From assembly GCA_964624115.1 (NCBI GenBank), contig CAZUXI010000006.1, positions 1,060 through 65,059 on the forward strand: a DNA stretch of 64,000 bases, in the 5' to 3' direction. The position numbers and the translations under genes are program-made. Origin of the DNA: an uncultured Candidatus Peribacteria bacterium (GTDB lineage: Bacteria; Patescibacteriota; Gracilibacteria; UBA1369). How positions within the stretch are numbered: position 1 is the first letter of the stretch; each line of letters opens with the position of its first letter. Shown one piece after another: positions 27,138 to 35,961 of this stretch. Below the pieces are notes generated by a model. That model saw only the letters and a program-made list of their open reading frames with translations, ran no database searches and had not been told where the DNA came from.

Positions 27138-29582
27138 ATGATGGAACAAAATAATCCACAAAACCCACTGAATTCAGGTGCTGCTTCAGTCCCTCCAGCA
27201 CCAGCGCCAACCCCCGCGCCACAAAGTTCACCTGCAACCCCGGTGAATCCAACTTTTGGCGTTCCTTTAAGTGCTGCTCAACAACCACCTGCCACGCCAG
27301 TCCCTCCAGCACCCATTCAAGCGACCTCAGCACAGCCAGCACCTCAGCCAATCAATAACGTACCAACGCCTGCACCGGTTCCAACCCCAGCTGTTCCCCA
27401 AAATCAACCGATTCAGACACAAGCTCAATCCCTTAATTCTTCTTCTCAATCTTCCCCTTTGCCCGCGCCACGCCCCAACATGAATCAACCCAACCCCAAC
27501 CAACGCCCTGGCCAGGTAATGCGTCCGGGGACAATTCGTAAGCCCATGAATCCGCGTCGACTCATTATCGGATGTTTAGGTTGCAGTGGACTCGCTATTT
27601 TTCTCTTTGTCCTGCTGGTTTTTATCTTTGTGGCCCAAACCAGTGCCACCGGTGAAAATCCAATCGCCCGCTCACTCGGTGTGAATACCGCCAGCTTCAT
27701 CAATACGCTCATCCTGCTCGTAAACCTGATTTTTGGTGCCTTTACCATCGGACTTTTTCTTGCCTCAACCGCAGGTCTTTTCCGGATATTCCTGGCGAGA
27801 AAAGATGACCAGGTTGCCAGAAAAAATGGTATGACTCTCGCCGGAGTATCACTCTTATTAATGCTCGTTGTAGTATTTATCTGGGTAGGAACCTACTTTT
27901 TCTTAAGCTCAAAACGGGTTGCCGTACCGAAAACCACCACCTCAGCCATCGTAACGGTACCTGAAAGTACTCTCGGCCTCACGGCTCCGATTGAAGTGAA
28001 ATTCAGTTCAGAAAATCTTCCCATCAATACCAGAACCTATGACGTTCTTTCGTACCTCTGGAACTTCGGTGACGGTGTAACCTCTACGGTTGCTTCCCCT
28101 TCCAACATGTACGAAGACAAAGGTTCCAACAATGGAAGATACGACGTCACACTCTTGGTGACCAAACGAAATAAACAAACCAACGAAGAGAGTGTGGATA
28201 CCTATACCACCGTCGTCACAATTGCGAATGTGGAGATTAACGCGAGCTTTTCGGTCCAGCCAGAAAATGGTCCCGCCCCTCTTGATGTCAGTTTTGACGC
28301 CTCATCTTCAACAGCGCCCGCCGGACAAATTGTTACCTACGAATGGGATTTTAATAACGATAACGTTTTTAACGACGCGACCGGAGTCACCACTACCCAC
28401 ACCTTTGAACAAGTGGGAAAGTATACGGTAGGACTTCGCGTAACTGACAACACCGGACAGTATAAAATTAAAACCCTCGAAATTAACGTGACCGATGCGG
28501 AAATTCCAGTAGCAGTTATCAATGTCCCAACCACCGATGGGAAATACTACACCGGTTCTTCATATAACTTCGATGCTTCAGCTTCCACATCACCCAATGG
28601 CACGGTACAACTCTACGAATGGGATTTTGGTGATGGAACCGCCAAGGCGAACACCAGAACCGCCACGCACGTCTTCCGAAACCCAGGTGAATATAAAGTT
28701 CTCCTCACGGTGACTGATGACAATAAGGTGAGTTCACAAAGTACCAAAACGTTGAAAGTGGAAAATAAAGAAGCTGCACCGCTGGCCGCAATTACCACCA
28801 TTCCCGCGCCTGAAAAAAACGCCAATTTTATTGCCGGAACCGCTCCGTTTGAGGTGACTTTTGATGGAGCAAAAAGTCAAGACAGCGATAACAATATCGT
28901 TGATTACAAATGGGATTTTGATGGCGATGGCAAAGAAGATGCCGCAGGGAAACAGGTCACCTATATCTATAAGATTTCTGGAAGTTTTAACGCCACCTTA
29001 ACCGTTATTGACGCCCTTGGCAATGAAGGCCAAACCACATTCCCAATTAAGGTTGGATCACAACCGTTACAGGCACGTATAACTGCAGAACCATTTGAAG
29101 GAGTGGCTCCACTGACGGTAACATTTGATGCTGGGGGGTCCTCATATCCAAACGGCCAAATTGTTTCTTATGAGTGGGATTTTGGTGATGGGAGTCCAAA
29201 ACAGGTAAATACCTCAAAATTGGTCTATAAATACACCCAAATTGGAAGTTTTACCGCAAAAGTAACCGCCATTGGCTCTGATAACAGTCGGTCAACCGCA
29301 GAAATACCGGTGAACGTTCGTCCTGTTCCTCTCGCGGCTTGTTTTGAAGTCACCACCGAGCAAGGTCCGGCACCACTGACCGTTGAATTCGACCCCCGTT
29401 GTTCCACAGGTTCCGTAGCAAAATACAGCTGGGATTTTGGTAATAATTCCACCTCACGCACCCGAAAACCAACGCAAACTTTTGACAAACCCGGTTCATA
29501 TCAGGTAACTCTAGAAGTGTCTGACAATCAAAACGTCATTGACACTTTTACCAAAACCATCCTCGTAACCGGTAACATCTAA
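27138..29582 (+). CDS. Membrane protein (814 aa): Pro/Gln-rich N-terminus, a cluster of TM helices, and six PKD-like domains
   Basis: N-terminal 130 aa are P/A/Q-rich. TM segments include GCSGLAIFLFVLLVFIFV. There are six Y.WDFG(D/N).. + G.Y.V.L.V.D units. Confidence 0.8.
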   Translation: MMEQNNPQNPLNSGAASVPPAPAPTPAPQSSPATPVNPTFGVPLSAAQQPPATPVPPAPIQATSAQPAPQPINNVPTPAPVPTPAVPQNQPIQTQAQSLNSSSQSSPLPAPRPNMNQPNPNQRPGQVMRPGTIRKPMNPRRLIIGCLGCSGLAIFLFVLLVFIFVAQTSATGENPIARSLGVNTASFINTLILLVNLIFGAFTIGLFLASTAGLFRIFLARKDDQVARKNGMTLAGVSLLLMLVVVFIWVGTYFFLSSKRVAVPKTTTSAIVTVPESTLGLTAPIEVKFSSENLPINTRTYDVLSYLWNFGDGVTSTVASPSNMYEDKGSNNGRYDVTLLVTKRNKQTNEESVDTYTTVVTIANVEINASFSVQPENGPAPLDVSFDASSSTAPAGQIVTYEWDFNNDNVFNDATGVTTTHTFEQVGKYTVGLRVTDNTGQYKIKTLEINVTDAEIPVAVINVPTTDGKYYTGSSYNFDASASTSPNGTVQLYEWDFGDGTAKANTRTATHVFRNPGEYKVLLTVTDDNKVSSQSTKTLKVENKEAAPLAAITTIPAPEKNANFIAGTAPFEVTFDGAKSQDSDNNIVDYKWDFDGDGKEDAAGKQVTYIYKISGSFNATLTVIDALGNEGQTTFPIKVGSQPLQARITAEPFEGVAPLTVTFDAGGSSYPNGQIVSYEWDFGDGSPKQVNTSKLVYKYTQIGSFTAKVTAIGSDNSRSTAEIPVNVRPVPLAACFEVTTEQGPAPLTVEFDPRCSTGSVAKYSWDFGNNSTSRTRKPTQTFDKPGSYQVTLEVSDNQNVIDTFTKTILVTGNI

Positions 29583-29586
29583 AAAT

Positions 29587-29688
29587 ATGAAGAAAAAACA
29601 ACAATTTGCCCTAAAATTCATCAGTGTTCTGGCTCTCATTGGTCTTCTCATGGGAATGATACTCCCGTTTGTGAACGTCCCATACTAA
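29587..29688 (+). CDS. Micro-ORF encoding a 33-aa single-TM peptide (MKKKQQFALKFISVLALIGLLMGMILPFVNVPY)
   Basis: ATG lies 5 nt after the upstream stop. A basic N-terminus is followed by a hydrophobic helix, and a terminator begins 15 nt downstream. Not in the supplied ORF track because it is too short. Confidence 0.45.
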   Translation: MKKKQQFALKFISVLALIGLLMGMILPFVNVPY

Positions 29689-29702
29689 AAGAGTTTCCCC
29701 AA

Positions 29703-29733
29703 AGCCCCTTCTAACCGAAGGGGCTTTTTTTTT
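29703..29733 (+). terminator. Intrinsic terminator ending the 19943-29688 gene string
   Basis: 8-bp stem AGCCCCTT/AAGGGGCT, a 7-nt loop and a T9 run. Confidence 0.85.
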
Positions 29734-29784
29734 GCAAAAAACTAGGTGATCTTTGCCAGAGCAAACGGTGGAGCTTCCAATTCT
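29732..29784 (+). repeat. Bipartite intergenic repeat copy (TTGCAAAAA, 28 nt, TGGAGCTTCCAATTCT)
   Basis: Sits between the terminator and the promoter-like site of the next gene. Confidence 0.6.
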
Positions 29785-29805
29785 GAGGAAGAAACCTTGG
29801 CTTGT

Positions 29806-29834
29806 TTGACCAAAACCTCAATTTTTGATAAAAT
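29806..29834 (+). promoter_or_regulatory. Candidate sigma70-type promoter (TTGACC, 17 nt, TAAAAT)
   Basis: -35 at 29806-29811 and -10 at 29829-29834, 46 nt before ATG 29880. Confidence 0.45.
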
Positions 29835-29879
29835 ACCAAGATAAATTCTATCCAACTATCAACATAAACACCCACACCC

Positions 29880-32800
29880 ATGCTCGACAACACTCCAAAT
29901 CTTGGTCAGGGAACACCTGAAAACCCTGAACAAAAGCCAGAAATGAACCAAATGCCAGATCCCATGCCACCGTCAGTTCCGCCAGTTGGTACACCAGGTC
30001 CGGAAAAACCCGTTGACCTTGTTGGAAATCCATCAGATGATAAAAAGAAAAAAACTCTTCTTATTGCGGGAGCTGTTGTTGCCATCCTGGGTGTCGTGGG
30101 AGCAGCGGTGTATTTTGGGCAAGGGATGTTGTTTAAAGGGTCAGTGGAAGAAACGTACAAATTAGCTGCACCTGAACTTTGTCCGGATGGAATGTATTTT
30201 GATGAAACAGCAACAAATTCAGGTGTAATTACAGAACCTGCACGAACCGCCTCTGGAAATCTTTTAGAGCTCGGCCTTGGTGTTGCGAATGCACAGTCAA
30301 AAGAGGATGTTGTCACAACCTTCATTGATGAACCAGTTCAAGGAAACACAAATGGTTATCAATCACGTCCACCAACATGTGATCCTGCCAAAGGTGAATC
30401 ATTAAATTTTGAACAAACCGCCTGCGTGGATTGTACTGAAGTTATAAAAATTTACGCAAGCACCACCAATCCACTTGAAAAATCTTACTACGCTGCTCGA
30501 AACAAAATGTGCGTGACCCAAGGAATTACCGGCGGCGGAACTACTCCTGAGAGTGGGACCGGTACACCAACCGGTGATTTCCCTCCTGGTGGTGGGCAGA
30601 CAACTGGTACTCCAGACACAACCGGTACCGGAACAGGAACGTCAACTACGCCCAAAACACCTGTTACTTGTCCAAAAGATTCCGTCAAAGTGAACGTGGG
30701 GGAAGTGAAATCCATGGATACGTTCTTAACGAGCTTAAAGAACGTTACTTCAGATGAAAATCACGTAACCAAAGCAAAAACAGTTGTTTCTCTCTGGGAT
30801 GAACTGAGCAGTCTACCGCAGGACGACCAAGGAATCTGTTTGGACTGTTTATGGTACCAAAAAATTAAAAACTACATGATCACCCTTACGGATGACTTTG
30901 TAGCCCAATATCCTGAACACAAAACGTTATGGGATGCTGCAAAAGCAGATGTTAACGGGAAACTGACCGAAATTAAAAAGAGTCTTGATGACGCCGGGAT
31001 CGCATGTGATACCACCCCAGGGACTGAAATTCCACCAACCCGTGGGGGATCATGTGTACGAATTGACTATTGTGATCCAGACCTCGTTGCAAAACTCTTA
31101 AAAGATCCGGCAAAATATCACCTCAGTCCAAAAACACTCGAACTTCTCAAAACCGAACCAAGAAAATGTGAACGTGTGACCCAGGAAGTTGAATGTAAAG
31201 AGGGAACCGTTCAAATTGATCGAAAAGATCCTGCGTTTAACCTCACCACCGAAGAAAAAGCAACCATTTCGGCAGGTACCGCCGTTCTCAAAAAATATGA
31301 AAGTGACGTCAAAATGGAGGCACTGGTAGAAATTCGTTCCTACGCAAGTGACACCAGTTCAAAAAATGCTGATCAGGTGATGTCAGAAATACAAACGCTC
31401 ACCACATTAAATTCAAACGTATCGGCAGCGCGGACAACAACTGCATTACGGACAGATGCTGTCTCAAACCTGAGAAACGTAGAAACAACACAATGTCTTA
31501 ACTGTGAAGAACTTGATGAACTCTACAAAAAATTTGTAGATCTCTATACTCAACTTCTCGATAAATTTGAAGCGAATAAATCGGTTACCTCTGATCCAGC
31601 AGAATTGAAAAAAATCACCGATGCGGAAACAACCATCAAATCGTACATGGATCGGGTGACGAAAAAAATTGATGCCCTCAAAAAAGAAAATCGTTGTCCC
31701 GTTGAAATTGTTCAATGTACGAACGGGGTTGATCGGTTTCCAACCGACGGCTTTAAAACTATGAGTGATGCGCTCAAACCACTCGATCAACAAGTCCGAA
31801 ATATTGTAGCAAACTACGATGGGCCAAATTCAGAAAGTTCTCAAGTAATCAGAAAAGACGTTCTTATCGAGAAAAATGCTCCTGAGTCATCACTCAATAC
31901 AGCACGCATCAGAACCGATTACGCAGCGGGAATTCAGATGAAAATTTGTGATTGTGATACGCTTGCTCTATTTAAGGAACGTTATGAAAACGAATTGGCG
32001 CTTATGGAGTACGTCTTATCCCAGTTGAAAGCTCAAAACGCTGATGCGGCCATCATTGCCCAAGCTCAAACTGCTTTCGATAAAACGAAAGCCGCGTACG
32101 AAACTTGGAAAGCAACGGCAATAAAAAAACTCAACTGTCCTGAACGTGTGACTGAAATTCCTGTCTGTAAAGACACGACCTATAAATTAACGCCTGAGTT
32201 GAGTTCGGCAGGACAAAAACTTGGAGAAAAATTTGATTCGGTTCCTACTGCAGCTGAGTATCAAAAAGCCAAAACTTCTTGGGATGCGATTGGAAAGAGT
32301 GAAATTATGAAAAAATACACGACTGGCGAGAGTACCAAAACAGGTATGAATGCCCTCTGTCTTAACTGTGAAAGCCTGAAAGAGTTAGAGGCTTACCTCA
32401 ATGCCCAACTGGATAAAGTAAAATCAGAATTACCGGCAAACGACACCGTCATCAGTCCTGCACTTGCTGATTTTAAGTCAGAACTTCAAAAATTCTTTAC
32501 CCAGGCGAAGCGTGATCTCAAGTGTACAACCACGACGACCGTGGTTGAACGTGTTCCTGAACGAACACCGCTCGACACCTGTACCGACATCAAACAACAA
32601 GTGGTCAATAAACTCAACGGTCCTCTTGGTTCAACACGTGATGAAATCAAATCTTTCACTGATTTGGTAACTTCATACTTTGAGAACGACTGTGATAAAC
32701 TGGTTCGTTGTGAAGAAAAAGTAGCGAAAGTTGACTACTATCAAAAGCTTGCCGAAGCCGTAGACCAAACCACTTGGGATTCAGCAACGAAAACAGCAGT

Positions 32801-34307
32801 AAAAAGCGCCTTAACCTCACTCGCCAACAATGCCAAAAGGGATTATGAAAACACTTGTATGTTTAAGTGTCCCGTGGACATGAAAGAAACACCGGCTGAA
32901 CCACCTTCTGACAAACCATTTATCGATGAAACAGGGATGAAGAGTTTGGCAACCGATACCATCGCTTTTGTCCCTGGTATTCTTTCTGCCCATGCTGCTG
33001 TTGATCCGACCGATCTCTTCAACCTAACCACAAAACCAACGGAAGTGGGTATTCCCGCTGCGGTTGATCCCGCCAGTTGTCCAACACCCGAGCCACCAAA
33101 AGTAACTTGTGTTGCCCTTCCAACCGAAGCAAACCTGGGCCAAGATGTGAAATTTGAAGCAAACGTCACCAATTACACCGGAACAGATCTCACCTACACT
33201 TGGACCAATACTGGTTCAGTAAATTCAGGCAAAAGTATTACCACGAAATTTGACAAAACTGGATTCCAGGCCTCTGGAGTAAAAGTAACCAAAACCGATG
33301 GAACCGTGGTCGGTGAAGCCCGCTGTCCGGTGACCATTAAACCTCCAGTTCTCACCTGTAATCCACCAGACGCAGTTCAAGTTGGTCAATCTTCCAACTT
33401 TACCACTACACTCACCGGTCTTTCTCAAGACCAGATGACCGATGTGAAATACGTTTGGAGTGGTGATGTAACCCCTGAACAGGCAGAAGCCAATAAAACC
33501 AAATCAAACCTCAATCTCACCTATACCACCTCCGGATCAAAAACCGTAAAAGTTTCTGCTGTTCGTGATGGTTACTGGCAATCGAACGAAGCACTTTGTT
33601 CAACACGAATCACTGATACACCACCACGACGAGGTGAAAATCCAAGTCTCTCCTTGAGTTGTATTGGTACCCCAGGCTCAGTAAAAGCCGGTGAAGCCAT
33701 TACCTGGAAAGCAACCCTTACCGGTACCGACCCACAAAACGTTCCTTTTACCTGGTCTGGTAGTGAAAACCTGAGTGTGACCGGAAATGGAAAAACCAGC
33801 GTTACAAAAATCTACAACCAAACCAACAGTCAGGCTCAAGCAACGGTGAAAGTGGTCGTAAACAACGTCACCCTGCAAGTAACTTGTAATAACGTGGTGA
33901 TTGAGGAACCAACCGATCGTGAAATTCCACCCGGTGAAACCGATGATGATACACCTCCAAGAAGCGGTGGAAATGACGATGGAACAAGTACACTAACCCA
34001 AAATATTCCTGGCGACAACGATGATGACACCCCGCCACGTCGAACAGAAGTGACAAACAATAACCCCCCACGTGAAACATCTTCGAATAATCCTGGAGGT
34101 GACACCGAAACCAAAACCGGCATCTTTGGTGACAGCGATTCAACGGGAAGCACAACCGTCCGCCCTGCTGCTCCGGAAGGCGATATTACCAAAACCCCAG
34201 AAATTACCCCAACCGGTCCTGAAATGATCATCTACCTCTTTGGTGCCGCCGGCTCACAAGCTATTGTTTTCAGAAAAAAAATCGTGAAAAAACTTTTGAA
34301 AAAATAA
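29880..34307 (+). CDS. Giant envelope protein (1475 aa): N-terminal TM anchor, a Gly/Thr/Pro linker, repeated Cys-containing helical modules, three Ig-like repeats, an acidic/Pro tail, and a C-terminal TM with a basic tail
   Basis: TM LLIAGAVVAILGVVGAAVYF. CxxC motifs recur (CVDC, CLDC, CLNC twice, CDC). Three units of about 90 aa begin (V/L)(T/S)C. The C-terminus reads PTGPEMIIYLFGAAGSQAIVFRKKIVKKLLKK. Confidence 0.75.
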   Translation: MLDNTPNLGQGTPENPEQKPEMNQMPDPMPPSVPPVGTPGPEKPVDLVGNPSDDKKKKTLLIAGAVVAILGVVGAAVYFGQGMLFKGSVEETYKLAAPELCPDGMYFDETATNSGVITEPARTASGNLLELGLGVANAQSKEDVVTTFIDEPVQGNTNGYQSRPPTCDPAKGESLNFEQTACVDCTEVIKIYASTTNPLEKSYYAARNKMCVTQGITGGGTTPESGTGTPTGDFPPGGGQTTGTPDTTGTGTGTSTTPKTPVTCPKDSVKVNVGEVKSMDTFLTSLKNVTSDENHVTKAKTVVSLWDELSSLPQDDQGICLDCLWYQKIKNYMITLTDDFVAQYPEHKTLWDAAKADVNGKLTEIKKSLDDAGIACDTTPGTEIPPTRGGSCVRIDYCDPDLVAKLLKDPAKYHLSPKTLELLKTEPRKCERVTQEVECKEGTVQIDRKDPAFNLTTEEKATISAGTAVLKKYESDVKMEALVEIRSYASDTSSKNADQVMSEIQTLTTLNSNVSAARTTTALRTDAVSNLRNVETTQCLNCEELDELYKKFVDLYTQLLDKFEANKSVTSDPAELKKITDAETTIKSYMDRVTKKIDALKKENRCPVEIVQCTNGVDRFPTDGFKTMSDALKPLDQQVRNIVANYDGPNSESSQVIRKDVLIEKNAPESSLNTARIRTDYAAGIQMKICDCDTLALFKERYENELALMEYVLSQLKAQNADAAIIAQAQTAFDKTKAAYETWKATAIKKLNCPERVTEIPVCKDTTYKLTPELSSAGQKLGEKFDSVPTAAEYQKAKTSWDAIGKSEIMKKYTTGESTKTGMNALCLNCESLKELEAYLNAQLDKVKSELPANDTVISPALADFKSELQKFFTQAKRDLKCTTTTTVVERVPERTPLDTCTDIKQQVVNKLNGPLGSTRDEIKSFTDLVTSYFENDCDKLVRCEEKVAKVDYYQKLAEAVDQTTWDSATKTAVKSALTSLANNAKRDYENTCMFKCPVDMKETPAEPPSDKPFIDETGMKSLATDTIAFVPGILSAHAAVDPTDLFNLTTKPTEVGIPAAVDPASCPTPEPPKVTCVALPTEANLGQDVKFEANVTNYTGTDLTYTWTNTGSVNSGKSITTKFDKTGFQASGVKVTKTDGTVVGEARCPVTIKPPVLTCNPPDAVQVGQSSNFTTTLTGLSQDQMTDVKYVWSGDVTPEQAEANKTKSNLNLTYTTSGSKTVKVSAVRDGYWQSNEALCSTRITDTPPRRGENPSLSLSCIGTPGSVKAGEAITWKATLTGTDPQNVPFTWSGSENLSVTGNGKTSVTKIYNQTNSQAQATVKVVVNNVTLQVTCNNVVIEEPTDREIPPGETDDDTPPRSGGNDDGTSTLTQNIPGDNDDDTPPRRTEVTNNNPPRETSSNNPGGDTETKTGIFGDSDSTGSTTVRPAAPEGDITKTPEITPTGPEMIIYLFGAAGSQAIVFRKKIVKKLLKK

Positions 34308-34324
34308 GGTATTCCCAATGACTC

Positions 34325-34358
34325 AAAAATAGACCTCTGAACAGAGGTCTATTTTTTT
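34325..34358. terminator. Bidirectional intrinsic terminator
   Basis: AGACCTC pairs with GAGGTCT, flanked by an A-run on the left and a T-run on the right, between convergent genes. Confidence 0.8.
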
Positions 34359-34359
34359 A

Positions 34360-35097
34360 TTATCTTCCAAAATAAACATCTTTAAGTTTTTCATCTTCCA
34401 AAATCTGTTTTGGTGTGCCTTGCATATAAATTTTCCCTTCCACCAAAACAATAACCCGATCCACAATATCAAAAAGAAACTTGAGGTCATGCTCAACAAG
34501 AATCATACTCCGGTTTTTTTCGTGAGCGAGTTCACGAATCGTTTGAGCTAAAACCTGTTTCATTAACGGTGAAACCCCCGCAGTAGGCTCATCAATGAGC
34601 AGCATTTTTCCTTTGCTTACATGAAGTCGCATGAGTTCAAGTAAACGCAGCTGCCCCCCTGAAAGCACCCCAGCCAACGAGTGTTTATGCGCTAATAATC
34701 CAACTTTTTCCAGAATCGTCACAACCTTTCGTTCAACGTTGGTTCTTTTTTCTCGAGAAAATTTCCACCACCAGGGATATTTTTCCGCATACTCCAAAGC
34801 AACCACTAAATTTTCTACCAATGTCATTTCCCGAAACACACCTGCGGACTGAAAACTTCTCCCAAAACCGAATCGCGCCCTTTCCGAGGGTGAAGCAGAA
34901 GAAATATCTTCATCAGCATAGGTGACTGTGCCACCATCAAGAGGAATGAAGCCCGAAAGTGTATTGAGCAGCGTCGTTTTCCCCGAACCATTCGGTCCAA
35001 TCAAACCAACAATCTCCCCAGGTTGAACCGAAAAAGAAACATCCTGAAGGACAAAACTTTTATCAAATTTAACCGAAATATGTTCAAGGGTAAGCAT
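34360..35097 (-). CDS. ABC transporter ATP-binding protein, LivG/LivF-like
   Basis: Walker A GPNGSGKTT, signature LSGGQLRLLEL and Walker B MLLIDEP. Confidence 0.85.
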   Translation of the reverse strand: MLTLEHISVKFDKSFVLQDVSFSVQPGEIVGLIGPNGSGKTTLLNTLSGFIPLDGGTVTYADEDISSASPSERARFGFGRSFQSAGVFREMTLVENLVVALEYAEKYPWWWKFSREKRTNVERKVVTILEKVGLLAHKHSLAGVLSGGQLRLLELMRLHVSKGKMLLIDEPTAGVSPLMKQVLAQTIRELAHEKNRSMILVEHDLKFLFDIVDRVIVLVEGKIYMQGTPKQILEDEKLKDVYFGR

Positions 35098-35106
35098 AAA
35101 ATGGTG

Positions 35107-35961
35107 TTAAAAAGAACGTTGTGATATCGAAATTCTTTTCCTGAAAAGTAAAAGAAAACCAATAAGAAACATTGAATAAATAAGTATGCGTAAATACCCA
35201 AACATGCTCGTTGGCAAAGGCAAAAACCTTAAAACTTCCGGAAGGAAAACAACAAAAAGTGCCCCAAAAACTGAAAACCTTACCTTGGGCTTTAAGGCAA
35301 TAATTCCAAGAGTAAAAAGCTCAATAAGCAGAGGAAGTCCTCCAAAACTCGGATCAATAAACTGAACCTGCCACAGGGTAAACATTCCACCAATCCCCAG
35401 CAATAAATTTGAAATCAGCAGAACACACACCGCAACCTTTCGAGATGAAACCCCTTGTGCCTCAAGATACTGTGGCTGTTCTTTAAAAGCCCTTAAATAT
35501 CTTCCATACCGCGTTTGTAAAAAGACATACTCAAAGATCAGGCAGCTAAGAGCCAAAACTACGGTCACCAGGGAAAAGAAAGGTGCCGATTGCATAAACT
35601 CTGGACGTACAATTCCAGGTAAACCCAAAACCCCATTGGTTACCGAGTCCCAGGAACGTGCCAGCGCCTCAGTGGCTACAATGCTCACGAGGCCTAAGAC
35701 CGCAAAACTATCAGAAGAAAGTTTTAAAAACAAAATCCCAAAAAAAAGTCCACTGAGCAGGGAAGTGACTATCCCAATCCCAAAAGCCAACTCAGGTGAG
35801 ACACCGTTCCGTTCACTAATCGCCAGAGCATACGAACTCACTTTTACCACCGTTGGAAAGCCCAGAAAAAACATTCCTCCAATGGAAAAAGTCAGGTGAA
35901 CCCCTGTTCCCATTAAAAAAGTTTGACCCAGCCGATTAATAAGAAGAAAAAAGTATCCCAT
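35107..35961 (-). CDS. Branched-chain amino acid-type ABC permease, LivM-like
   Basis: Polytopic membrane protein adjacent to the LivH-like and ATPase genes. Confidence 0.7.
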   Translation of the reverse strand: MGYFFLLINRLGQTFLMGTGVHLTFSIGGMFFLGFPTVVKVSSYALAISERNGVSPELAFGIGIVTSLLSGLFFGILFLKLSSDSFAVLGLVSIVATEALARSWDSVTNGVLGLPGIVRPEFMQSAPFFSLVTVVLALSCLIFEYVFLQTRYGRYLRAFKEQPQYLEAQGVSSRKVAVCVLLISNLLLGIGGMFTLWQVQFIDPSFGGLPLLIELFTLGIIALKPKVRFSVFGALFVVFLPEVLRFLPLPTSMFGYLRILIYSMFLIGFLLLFRKRISISQRSF

